A DNA stretch of 64,000 nt from an uncultured Planctomycetales bacterium. Lineage in GTDB: Bacteria; Planctomycetota; MHYJ01; JACPRB01. The notes under the pieces are model-generated. The model ran no database searches, was not told the origin of the DNA, and saw only the letters and a list, made by a program, of their open reading frames with translations. Position 1 is the first letter of the stretch; each line of letters opens with the position of its first letter. Positions 56,466 to 64,000 of the stretch are shown here, one piece after another. Both the position numbers and the translations under genes were made by a program. The stretch is taken from NCBI GenBank assembly GCA_964619955.1, contig CAZUJF010000004.1, forward strand, positions 10,595 through 74,594. The letters run 5' to 3'.

Positions 56466-57920
56466 TCAGGGGGCCTTCCAACGGAAGCCTTCGGATTCGA
56501 AGCGCGCCCGCGACTCCGGCGTGCGCAGCGCGTCCACCAGACGCCCGGCGAGCCGGGCGCGGGTCGAGGTTCGCGACACGGCCACCGGCTGCACCGCCAG
56601 CGCGCAGGGAAGATCGACGGCGATCGCGTCCAGTTCGTCCGCCGCCGCAGCCGCGTTGCTCACATACGCCACGACCGCGTCGAGCCCGCCCGCCCGCAGC
56701 TGGTTCACCAGCAGATCGCCCGCGGGCGCCTGCACGACGACGTTCTTCATCACCGCCTCGAGCACTTTCCCCTGCCGCAGCGTCTCCTGCGTCAGCGCCC
56801 CCAGCGCGCACTGTTTCTCGTGCCCCACGCCGAGCTTCAGGCCGGGCTTGCCCAGGTCCTTCAACGTGCGCACCGCGTGGGGATTCCCCTTCTTCACCAG
56901 AATGACCAGCTGGTTGAGGGAGATGTCGGAGACGTCCCCGAAATGGTCCTTGACCATCTCCATGAACGAGCGGTCGCAGGCGAAATAGACGTCGGGTTTG
57001 GCCCCCGCCTGCATCTGCGCGACCAGGATGCCGCAGCCGTTGTAGACGCGGACGACCTCGCAGCCCTCGCGGCGCTCGAAGGCCTGGATCGTGGGCTCGA
57101 TCGCCGGGCGCAGCATCGCCCCCGCATGCAGCACGAGTTCCGGACGCTCCTCCCAACGGTCCCCGGAGACCGGCGTATACCCCGCCTTCCGGAATGCCTC
57201 CGCGCCGCCCTCCGCGGACGAAAGGAACCTCGCGAAACGCAGAGTCATCTGTGGCCACCGGCTCGTCGCCAGCACGGCGGCGGACACGCTGCCCCGCGAC
57301 GAGGCCAGTTCCGGCAGGTCCACGGCCTCGAGCTCGGGATACTGCCGCACCGTCGCATCCCAGACGAACCCGGCGTCCGCGGCGCCCAGCTTGAGATCGT
57401 TCGCGACTTCATTCACGGTCGTCTTGGTGACCCGCGCCGCCTTCTCCAGGTCCTTCCAATGCCCCGACTTCAGCAGAGCCTCCTTCACCAGCTTTCCGGC
57501 CGCGGCAGCTTCCGGCAGCGGCAGCGACAGTTTGAGTTCCGGACGCCGCAGATCGGCCAGGCTCCGCACCTGGAGCGGGTTGCCCTTCCTAACGGCGAGC
57601 ACCGGCCGGACTTCGGCGAGCGGCAGCACCTCGCGGAGCAGCCCCTGGGCGCGCAGCAGCTCGAGATACGTGTCGTCCGCCGGAATGTAGAGATCTCCCG
57701 TGCGGGACGCCTGGAGGTTCGCCAGCAGCGTCTGCGAACCGCCATACTGCATCTGCACCTTGCCCCCGAAGGCGGCCTGCAGCTGCTCGACCGGCGGCCG
57801 GATGCCGGCGGCGCAATAGACGAGCAGCGGCCCCGCTTCGCTCTCCTGCACCGGTATCAGCTGTACCAGGAGCACGCCGAAGAGGGCGAGCGAGCCCAGG
57901 AACGCGGCCCAGCGCTTCAC
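56466..57920 (-). CDS. tandem-duplicated molybdate/tungstate/sulfate-type (ModA-like) periplasmic substrate-binding protein
   Basis: GTG start (VKRWAAFLGSLALFGVLLV signal peptide) overlaps the upstream stop (GTGA). Two successive PBP2 ModA-like modules (LLVYCAAGIRPPVEQL..., then VLHAGAMLRPAIEPTIQAF...). The remaining 5' part of ORF 56466..59171 is rejected. Confidence 0.65.
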   Translation of the reverse strand: MKRWAAFLGSLALFGVLLVQLIPVQESEAGPLLVYCAAGIRPPVEQLQAAFGGKVQMQYGGSQTLLANLQASRTGDLYIPADDTYLELLRAQGLLREVLPLAEVRPVLAVRKGNPLQVRSLADLRRPELKLSLPLPEAAAAGKLVKEALLKSGHWKDLEKAARVTKTTVNEVANDLKLGAADAGFVWDATVRQYPELEAVDLPELASSRGSVSAAVLATSRWPQMTLRFARFLSSAEGGAEAFRKAGYTPVSGDRWEERPELVLHAGAMLRPAIEPTIQAFERREGCEVVRVYNGCGILVAQMQAGAKPDVYFACDRSFMEMVKDHFGDVSDISLNQLVILVKKGNPHAVRTLKDLGKPGLKLGVGHEKQCALGALTQETLRQGKVLEAVMKNVVVQAPAGDLLVNQLRAGGLDAVVAYVSNAAAAADELDAIAVDLPCALAVQPVAVSRTSTRARLAGRLVDALRTPESRARFESEGFRWKAP

Positions 57921-60900
57921 GCCGCCCTCCGCACCCGGAGCCGCGTGAAGAGCAGATAGAAGCTCAGGGTTCCCAGCAGGACCAGGAGGAACGCCTCCAG
58001 GCCCGGCGGCCAGCGGAAGGGCCGATCGTCGTCCGCATCGGAATCCGGGGACGAAACCGGGCGCGCGGACTCCGCCACCACGATCCGTTCCGGCGATTCC
58101 GGCTTCAGCAGGAGCTCCGCGTCCGCCGGGAGCACCTCGATCCCGCAGAGGATCGGCGTCCCGCTGCGCGCCTTGAACTTCACCTTGAGCTCCTTGCCGA
58201 TCGGAAGCGGACCGAATTCGCGCACGGTCGCGCGCCAGGGCCCGCCGCCCTCCCGCGCGGGATCGAAGTTCTCGAGCACGGTCTCGCCCTGGATCGACAC
58301 GTCGAAGACCCGCGCGCCCGGCGCCAGGCCGTCCGGCTCGATGAAGTGCAGCCTCACCCGGCAGTCGCGATCCTCTTTTGCATTCTTGTCGAGCGTCAGG
58401 ACGACTTCGCGCACGCCCTTCGCCCCGGAAGAACTCACCCACGACGGCCCTTCGCCGGACGCGACGCTCGAATGCCGCCGGAAGTACTCCAGCTTGTCCC
58501 CGCCGATCAGCACGGGCGCCTGGGGGGACTTCCCCCCGGCCGAGGGATATTCCAGCCAGAGCGTGCCGTCGGGATCGCGGCGGTCCCCCGGCGCGCCGAA
58601 GTTCACGCCGATGCGCCGCACGGCCCCCTTCAGCTCCGACGAGCCGAAGAAGGTCCACATCTCGTTCTCCGGCATCGGCACGAGCGCGAGCGAGGTCTGG
58701 TTCTGGTAGCTGCAGATGCAGGTCCGCGTGTAGTCCGGCGCGCAGAGCACGCCGCCCGCCACCACGAGGTTGTTCGTGCAGCTGGAACGGAAGCCGCCGA
58801 GGTTGCCGGTGCCGCCGTCGCCGGCCAGGTCGAAGAATCCGGCGGCCCCCGAGCGGAACGTCAGCAGGTGTTCGGAAACCATCGGCGTGTTGCAGCCGTA
58901 CGTGCGGGCGTAGATCCACTCGACCGGCAGCAGCGTGAGCGGATGCAGGCGCCCCCGGGGCTGCCCGGTCAGCAGATCGCAGGCGCGATCCGCCATGAAA
59001 ATCGTGTCCCCGTGGATCATCGCCGGGCCCGAATTGGATTTCTTCCACCAGACCTGGGCGCCGGTGGCCCCCTGCCGCGCGATCATGCCCTTGGGCTCGT
59101 CCACGAGCGAATCCCGCGCCACGCGCCCCGCCTCGATCAGCATATCGCGTCCGGCCGAATAGCTGAGCCACGTCCCGAAGACTCCGTCCTCGATGCGCCA
59201 GAGTTCGCGCCCGTCCTTGACGTCGAACGCCAGCAGGCGCGGCGGCAGGGGGTCCCTCATCCCCTTCTTTTTCAGGCGGTCCGCCTGCGGTCCCGAGTGG
59301 CGGTCGATGACGTAGAGCCGCCCGCCCCCGGCGCAGAGCGTATGGTGGCGGAAGCCCGCGCGGGCCTGGACGGTCCAGAGCACGCGGCCGCTGTCCGGAT
59401 CCAGCCCCACCAGCCGGCGGCTGGACGAGAACGAATCGTTGTCGCCCCGGAAGGAGCTCAGCTTCTTGATGAGCGGGTTCTTCTCCTTTTCGGCCGTCGT
59501 GCCGGCCAGCGGATCGTCGAAGCCGCCCTCCGTCATCCGGTTCACGACGACGTCGTTCAGCGGCTCGGCCCCGCCGATGAGCACGCCGTCGACGAACGTG
59601 ATCCCGCCCCAGTCCCCCCGGCCGTCGGGGAGGCGGTATTCGCGCAGGATGCGGCCGCTTTCGGGATCCAGACGCACGCAGCGGTCCTTCCAGGCGATGA
59701 AGATCCCCTGCGGGGTGGAGACGAAGTTCGACCCCGTCGCATTGGCTCCGGGCTGGTGCGCCGTGTTGTTGAAGAAGTCGCCGACCCCCGGCAGGGACGT
59801 CTCCCAGAGCAGGCGTCCCGTGTAGATGTCGATGGCCCGCAGCTTGTCGACGCCCTCGATGAAGAGGCGGCCCTCGAGCACCTGCGGCTGGGGACCGTGC
59901 CCGTGCCGCGGCAGGATGCCCTCGTGCGAGGGTCCGCCGAACCAGAGCAGCCCCAGCGGCGCGCGCACGCGCTTGTCCCGGGAAACGCGCGTGTTGGCCG
60001 CGTCCGCGTTCTCATGGGTCCAGTCCGCGGCCCCCGCGGGCGCGCCGGGCCTCAGCAGGCACGGAACGCCGTTGAGTTCCGCCACTTTGACGCCGTCGAG
60101 GCCGGCCGCGCGGCGGTCCAGATCCTCCCCTCCCCCCGGCAGCAGCAGGCGGCCGCCGTGGGGGCGGAGGATCCCGTAGACCCGCGCGAGCAGGTCCGGC
60201 GACGGGGTCGCCCCCGGCAGTTCCACCTGGGAGGCCAGATAGGACGGCAGCTGGGTCGATTCCGGAGTCCCGCGCAGCGCCACGCCCGCACGCCCGTAGT
60301 CCGGCAGCAGGCGGCGAAGCTCGGCCACCACCGTTTCGTCCGGATGCACAACGATCACGTGATGGGCCGACTTCCCGATGCGCGGGACGAGTTCGGCGGC
60401 CGGAGCCTTCGAGTACAGCACCTCATAGCCGGCCCGATCCGGGATTTCGGGGGTCGCGCGGCGGGCGAGGACGCGGGGTTCCCGGGCTTCCCCGCTGAAG
60501 GCGTGAATCCAGCCCTCCCGGGTGACGACGAAGAGCCGTCCGTCCGCCGCCAGCAGCGAGGCGGGCGTGCCCTCGACCGCATGTTCCGCGAGCAGCCTCG
60601 GACGCTCCCCCTCCGAGTACACCCGCACCGCGCCGTCCACGCCCGCATAGAGCCGCGGACCCGCCTTGATCAGGCAGGTGATGAGCGGGGACTCGGCGCT
60701 TTCGGAGCGGCCGGTCTTCCAGGTCTTCTTCTTGACGAGGACGCCCTTGCGGTCGGGGGCTTCCACGATAGTGGACGCCGGCGGCGCGGCGGAGATGAGA
60801 TCCTTCTTCTTTCCGGCGTGGTAGAAGCGGTCCCGCGTGACGACCAACTCGCGGGCGTAGTCCGCCACGAACAACCCGGTCGCCGCGTCGAAGGCGGCGC

Positions 60901-61717
60901 CGGCCGCAAAATAGACGTCTCCAGCGGCAACGACGTCGGCGCCTCCGCGGCGGCCGTTGTCGGCGAATTTGAAATGGACGAGCTTCCCGTTCTTCGCCTC
61001 ATAGAGCGCGGGCACCGAGCGCCCGCCGGGGATGAGGAGCTTGTCGCCGAGCAGCGCGAGCGGCCCCTGCGGGGCGACGCCGGCGAACGAATCGGTGTTG
61101 TGGGGCTGCTGCATGTAGACGGAGCCGTCGCCGTCCGTGGTCCAGAGCGCCCGGCCGGTCTTCGCATCGAGCGTGTGGATGAAGATGCCCATGAAGGGCC
61201 AGATGCCGGCGGCGAACGTGACGCGGCCGTTCGCGACGACCGGCGCGCCCCGCGCGGGCCAGGTGGAGATCAGCCGTTCGTTGCCGAGCACGAGACGGTC
61301 CGAAGGGCCGCCCCGGAAGCGCCACTGCAGAACCCCGGTCTCGAGCGCGACGCAGTACAGATAGCCGTCGTCGGACGCGAAATAGACCCGGCCCTCGGCG
61401 ATCACCGCGGGGAAGCGCACGGGCCCGTCGGCCCAGCAGCGCCAGAGCTCGACGCCGCGGCGGGTGTCGTACGCGACGACGCCGTCGATTTCCATCGACG
61501 GCACGATCAGCTTCCGTCCGGCGACGACGGGTTCGTAGACGGCGTCGATCTGCATCCGCGGCTGGTCGGGCCACGCGGGCCGGCGCGGGGGGAGCTCAAG
61601 ACGCCACTCGGCGCGAAGCTCCTCGGGAAGCGCGTGGGGGGAGGAGGACGTGCGGGCGGCGTCGTAGCGCCAGGACGGCCAGTCCTGGGCCGCGAGCAGG
61701 AGCAGGGTCAGGATCAC
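57917..61717 (-). CDS. large PQQ-like beta-propeller repeat protein (1266 aa) with a signal peptide and a C-terminal TM anchor
   Basis: Many propeller blades (DG.LY....G.L.A.D..TG..LW). C-terminus ...RWPPGLEAFLLVLLGTLSFYLLFTRLRVRRAA (hydrophobic helix + Arg cluster). First gene of the ABC/MoaD/MoeB operon. Confidence 0.75.
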   Translation of the reverse strand: MILTLLLLAAQDWPSWRYDAARTSSSPHALPEELRAEWRLELPPRRPAWPDQPRMQIDAVYEPVVAGRKLIVPSMEIDGVVAYDTRRGVELWRCWADGPVRFPAVIAEGRVYFASDDGYLYCVALETGVLQWRFRGGPSDRLVLGNERLISTWPARGAPVVANGRVTFAAGIWPFMGIFIHTLDAKTGRALWTTDGDGSVYMQQPHNTDSFAGVAPQGPLALLGDKLLIPGGRSVPALYEAKNGKLVHFKFADNGRRGGADVVAAGDVYFAAGAAFDAATGLFVADYARELVVTRDRFYHAGKKKDLISAAPPASTIVEAPDRKGVLVKKKTWKTGRSESAESPLITCLIKAGPRLYAGVDGAVRVYSEGERPRLLAEHAVEGTPASLLAADGRLFVVTREGWIHAFSGEAREPRVLARRATPEIPDRAGYEVLYSKAPAAELVPRIGKSAHHVIVVHPDETVVAELRRLLPDYGRAGVALRGTPESTQLPSYLASQVELPGATPSPDLLARVYGILRPHGGRLLLPGGGEDLDRRAAGLDGVKVAELNGVPCLLRPGAPAGAADWTHENADAANTRVSRDKRVRAPLGLLWFGGPSHEGILPRHGHGPQPQVLEGRLFIEGVDKLRAIDIYTGRLLWETSLPGVGDFFNNTAHQPGANATGSNFVSTPQGIFIAWKDRCVRLDPESGRILREYRLPDGRGDWGGITFVDGVLIGGAEPLNDVVVNRMTEGGFDDPLAGTTAEKEKNPLIKKLSSFRGDNDSFSSSRRLVGLDPDSGRVLWTVQARAGFRHHTLCAGGGRLYVIDRHSGPQADRLKKKGMRDPLPPRLLAFDVKDGRELWRIEDGVFGTWLSYSAGRDMLIEAGRVARDSLVDEPKGMIARQGATGAQVWWKKSNSGPAMIHGDTIFMADRACDLLTGQPRGRLHPLTLLPVEWIYARTYGCNTPMVSEHLLTFRSGAAGFFDLAGDGGTGNLGGFRSSCTNNLVVAGGVLCAPDYTRTCICSYQNQTSLALVPMPENEMWTFFGSSELKGAVRRIGVNFGAPGDRRDPDGTLWLEYPSAGGKSPQAPVLIGGDKLEYFRRHSSVASGEGPSWVSSSGAKGVREVVLTLDKNAKEDRDCRVRLHFIEPDGLAPGARVFDVSIQGETVLENFDPAREGGGPWRATVREFGPLPIGKELKVKFKARSGTPILCGIEVLPADAELLLKPESPERIVVAESARPVSSPDSDADDDRPFRWPPGLEAFLLVLLGTLSFYLLFTRLRVRRAA

Positions 61718-62715
61718 GGGCGTCCCTTCAGCAAGCGCCAGCCGGTGATGAGGACCAGCACGCCCGCGGCGACCAGGGAGAGGCGGAGCAGCGGCGAGGG
61801 TCCGGGCGTTTCATCCAGGGGCGGCGGAGGCGCGGCGGCACGGGGCTTCAAGACCACGGGAGGCGCCGCAGCCTCCGGCACGGGAGCGCCGACGGCGGCG
61901 TCCCAATCCGTCGCGAAGACCAGGTCGAGTCCGGGATTGAGCTCTTTCGCCTCGCAGGAGCAGGCGCCGGCGAGAAAGGCGGCCGCTTCCTGGAGGGTGG
62001 CGGCGTGCAGGCCCTTCCCCGCCAGGGCCCAGAGCGCGCGGCCGCGTCCGAAAACCGGGAACACCACGGGGCCGTGCAGATCGGTGTCGCTGCGCAGGAG
62101 GAGCTGGACGAACGCGGCTTCGGCGGGGTCGTCGCGGCGCAGGTCGAGGACCGGGAACGAGAGCTTCACGGGCGCGTCGCTGAGCAGCGGCGGATCCGAC
62201 GGCAGGCGGGGCGGCAGCTGGAGCGAACCTTCGAGCCGGGCGAGTTCCCGGACGAGCATCGCGCGGGCGGCCGCGTCCTCCTCGGGCTTGCCGCAGGGGA
62301 GAAAGAGCCAGACGGCGGAGTCCCCCGCGAGGAGGCGGCGCGCGGTCTCCCGGCGGACCGGGGAATCGAGCACGACGCCGAGGGCCCGGTCGTCCAGGGA
62401 GCCCTGCCAGGCGACCGCATCGGAACCCGGGTAGAAGAGCACGGCGAAGGGGGGCTCGGCTTTGAGCGTTTCGAGCAGCTTCCGCCATCGGGGTTCCAGG
62501 GGCGCGGCGAGGTCGACCCGGTCGATTTCCACGTTCGCGCGGACGTCGCGGAGGCGGTCGAGCACGGCCCGCTGAGGCGCGCTGAGGGGGCCGCGGTGGA
62601 AGAGGACGAGGTCGTAGACGGAGGGCCGCCAGCGTTCGAGGGCGTAGCGGAAGACGGGGATGTTGCAGACGGCGGGGGCCGCCAGCAGGCCGAGCACGAA
62701 CAGGCGAAGCATCAT
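61714..62715 (-). CDS. hypothetical exported protein with a C-terminal TM anchor
   Basis: Signal peptide MMLRLFVLGLLAAPAVC. C-terminus LLRLSLVAAGVLVLITGWRLLKGRP. ATGA-coupled to the PQQ giant. Confidence 0.5.
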   Translation of the reverse strand: MMLRLFVLGLLAAPAVCNIPVFRYALERWRPSVYDLVLFHRGPLSAPQRAVLDRLRDVRANVEIDRVDLAAPLEPRWRKLLETLKAEPPFAVLFYPGSDAVAWQGSLDDRALGVVLDSPVRRETARRLLAGDSAVWLFLPCGKPEEDAAARAMLVRELARLEGSLQLPPRLPSDPPLLSDAPVKLSFPVLDLRRDDPAEAAFVQLLLRSDTDLHGPVVFPVFGRGRALWALAGKGLHAATLQEAAAFLAGACSCEAKELNPGLDLVFATDWDAAVGAPVPEAAAPPVVLKPRAAAPPPPLDETPGPSPLLRLSLVAAGVLVLITGWRLLKGRP

Positions 62716-62820
62716 GAGGACAGGGTCGATTGTAAGGGCGATCCGCCAGACTCTATACGCAAATCAGGGGGGCGGCGAGTTCCTCTTCTCGACAGTTCCC
62801 CGGGTCGCTAGGATTCCGGA

Positions 62821-63399
62821 ATGCCCACGTTGGACGACCTGCGCCTGCCGCCGGCCGAGACGGCCCTGCTGCTCGTGGACTTCCAGGAGCGGCTCGCGGC
62901 CGCCATGCCCGCGGCGGAGCGTCCGGACTGCGAACGCCGCATCGCGATCCTGATCGAGGCCTGCCGGCTCCTGAAGCTGCCGGTGCTCGTGAGCGAGCAG
63001 TATCCCAAGGGGCTGGGACCCACGGTCCCGGCCCTCGAGACGGCGCTCGCGGCGGGCCCGCTGGACCTGCACCGCTTCGAGAAGCTTCACTTCGCCTGCA
63101 CCGATGACCCGGCCTTCGCCGCCCTCTGGAAGCGTACCGGGCGGACGCGCTGGATCGTCGTCGGCATGGAAACGCACGTCTGCGTCTACCAGACCGTGCG
63201 GGGCCTGCGGGAGCTGGGGGCACGGGTCTTCGTGCCCGCCGACGCCGTGCTGTCGCGCAGTCCCGCGAACCGCGCCGTCGGCCTGGACCTCTGCACGCGG
63301 GCGGGGGCGATGGTCAGCTCCGTGGAGGCGCTGATCTTCGACCTGCTGGGCCGCGCCGGCACCGAGGAGTTCAAGTCGCTCTCCCGCCTGCTCCGCTGA
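62821..63399 (+). CDS. isochorismatase-family cysteine hydrolase
   Basis: ALLLVDFQ (catalytic Asp region), WIVVGMETHVCV (catalytic Cys), 192 aa. Confidence 0.75.
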   Translation: MPTLDDLRLPPAETALLLVDFQERLAAAMPAAERPDCERRIAILIEACRLLKLPVLVSEQYPKGLGPTVPALETALAAGPLDLHRFEKLHFACTDDPAFAALWKRTGRTRWIVVGMETHVCVYQTVRGLRELGARVFVPADAVLSRSPANRAVGLDLCTRAGAMVSSVEALIFDLLGRAGTEEFKSLSRLLR

Positions 63400-63425
63400 T
63401 TCCTACCGCCAGGTAGCCCCAACCC

Positions 63426-63489
63426 AACAAAACAGCCCGTCTGCTTTGTTGCCTCTGCGGGGCAACAAAGCAGACGGGCTGTTTTGTTG
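63426..63489. repeat. nested palindromic repeat element, copy 3 of 3
   Basis: CAACAAAACAGCCCGTCTGCTTTGTTGCC-tctgcgg-GGCAACAAAGCAGACGGGCTGTTTTGTTG. The arms are identical to copy 1. Between convergent genes. Confidence 0.85.
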
Positions 63490-63491
63490 AA

Positions 63492-64000
63492 TCAGGGTAG
63501 GAAGCGATCGAGCTTTTCGACGGGCTCGTGGAGGCGGCGCCGGGCGAGGCTCCGCAGGCGGATCCGCTCCTCCTCGCCGAGATAGGCCAGCGGGGACTTC
63601 CCGTCCACCCTGGCCAGCATCAGCACCGCCACATGGTAGAGCGTCCGGCGCTCCAGCTCCGCGGACGGACCGTACGCGTCGAGGAAGACCTGCGCCGCGT
63701 CCCGGTACCGCGCGTCCGCGCGGATGAACGCCTTGATCAGCAGATGGTTCAGCATGAACGCCAGGTCGAAGGCCGGATCCCCCCAGTGCGCCACCTCGTG
63801 GTCCAGCACCCAGACCCCCTCCGCGTGCAGCAGGATGTTCTTCGGGCTGTAGTCCCCGTGCACCAGCGTCTCCCGCCGGAACTCCGCGCGGATCTTGAGG
63901 TCCGGATGCCGCCGCGCCGTCGTCTCGTAATACGGCTCGATCCTCAATTCGGGGAAAAAGCCCTGCCCCGCCAGCGTCCGCGCGGCCTCCGCATCCGGCC
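63492..64000 (-). CDS. phosphotransferase (APH/ChoK-like kinase) family protein; the N-terminus lies beyond the window end
   Basis: HGDYSPKNILL (Brenner motif) and VLDHEVAHWGDPAFDLA (D-x-E/D). The frame stays open to nt 64000. Confidence 0.65.
   Translation of the reverse strand, partial: PDAEAARTLAGQGFFPELRIEPYYETTARRHPDLKIRAEFRRETLVHGDYSPKNILLHAEGVWVLDHEVAHWGDPAFDLAFMLNHLLIKAFIRADARYRDAAQVFLDAYGPSAELERRTLYHVAVLMLARVDGKSPLAYLGEEERIRLRSLARRRLHEPVEKLDRFLP

Noticed and set aside
55015-59171. Full-length 747-aa and 901-aa minus-strand ORFs
   Set aside because: They were trimmed to the real ABC ATPase (to 55674) and the tandem SBP (to 57920). The upstream portions run out of frame over the permease gene and over the 3' end of the PQQ gene, respectively.
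58346-62434. 1362-aa plus-strand ORF
   Set aside because: It is antisense to the PQQ-propeller gene 57917..61717, and the translation is low-complexity.

Overview
Raw-sequence annotation of a 64 kb high-GC (~70%) bacterial chromosomal window. The gene content suggests a Planctomycetota/PVC-type genome: there are several PSD1 (PSCyt/DUF1549/DUF1553) plus DUF1501 gene pairs, a DUF1552 gene, PQQ-type beta-propeller giants and an FN3-repeat giant. I call about 49 protein-coding genes, one tRNA-Ser(GCU), one clear rho-independent terminator, a family of ~65-bp nested palindromic repeats in three copies, and two likely frameshifted genes. Many long ORFs in the six-frame track are antisense or out-of-frame artefacts of the high GC content and were rejected. 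The most unusual loci follow.

1. A predicted fusion of a protein-L-isoaspartate O-methyltransferase domain to a GspE/PilB secretion ATPase, translationally coupled to two tandem universal-stress-protein genes, in a neighbourhood rich in USP, TerC and TudS genes.
2. A 43-bp near-perfect direct duplication of the 3' end of a thiF/moeB-like gene that brackets a ~1 kb GNAT-acetyltransferase cassette. This looks like an integrated element, and it sits inside an operon of a molybdate/tungstate-type ABC transporter, a MoaD-like gene and a MoeB-like gene.
3. A sharply delimited ~1.9 kb low-GC island (~52% GC) carrying one gene for a secreted protein with an alpha/alpha-toroid (prenyltransferase/squalene-cyclase-like) fold.
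4. A lipoprotein version of a GspG pseudopilin globular domain, interrupted by a frameshift inside a C8 homopolymer.
5. A 1774-aa protein with 16 tandem FN3-like repeats and no signal peptide. Downstream lies a multi-domain Ser/Thr kinase combining a kinase domain, a DnaJ-like CxxCxGxG zinc finger and a toroid repeat domain, next to a CAP-domain gene.

All functional calls rest on motif recognition by eye. No database searches were run.
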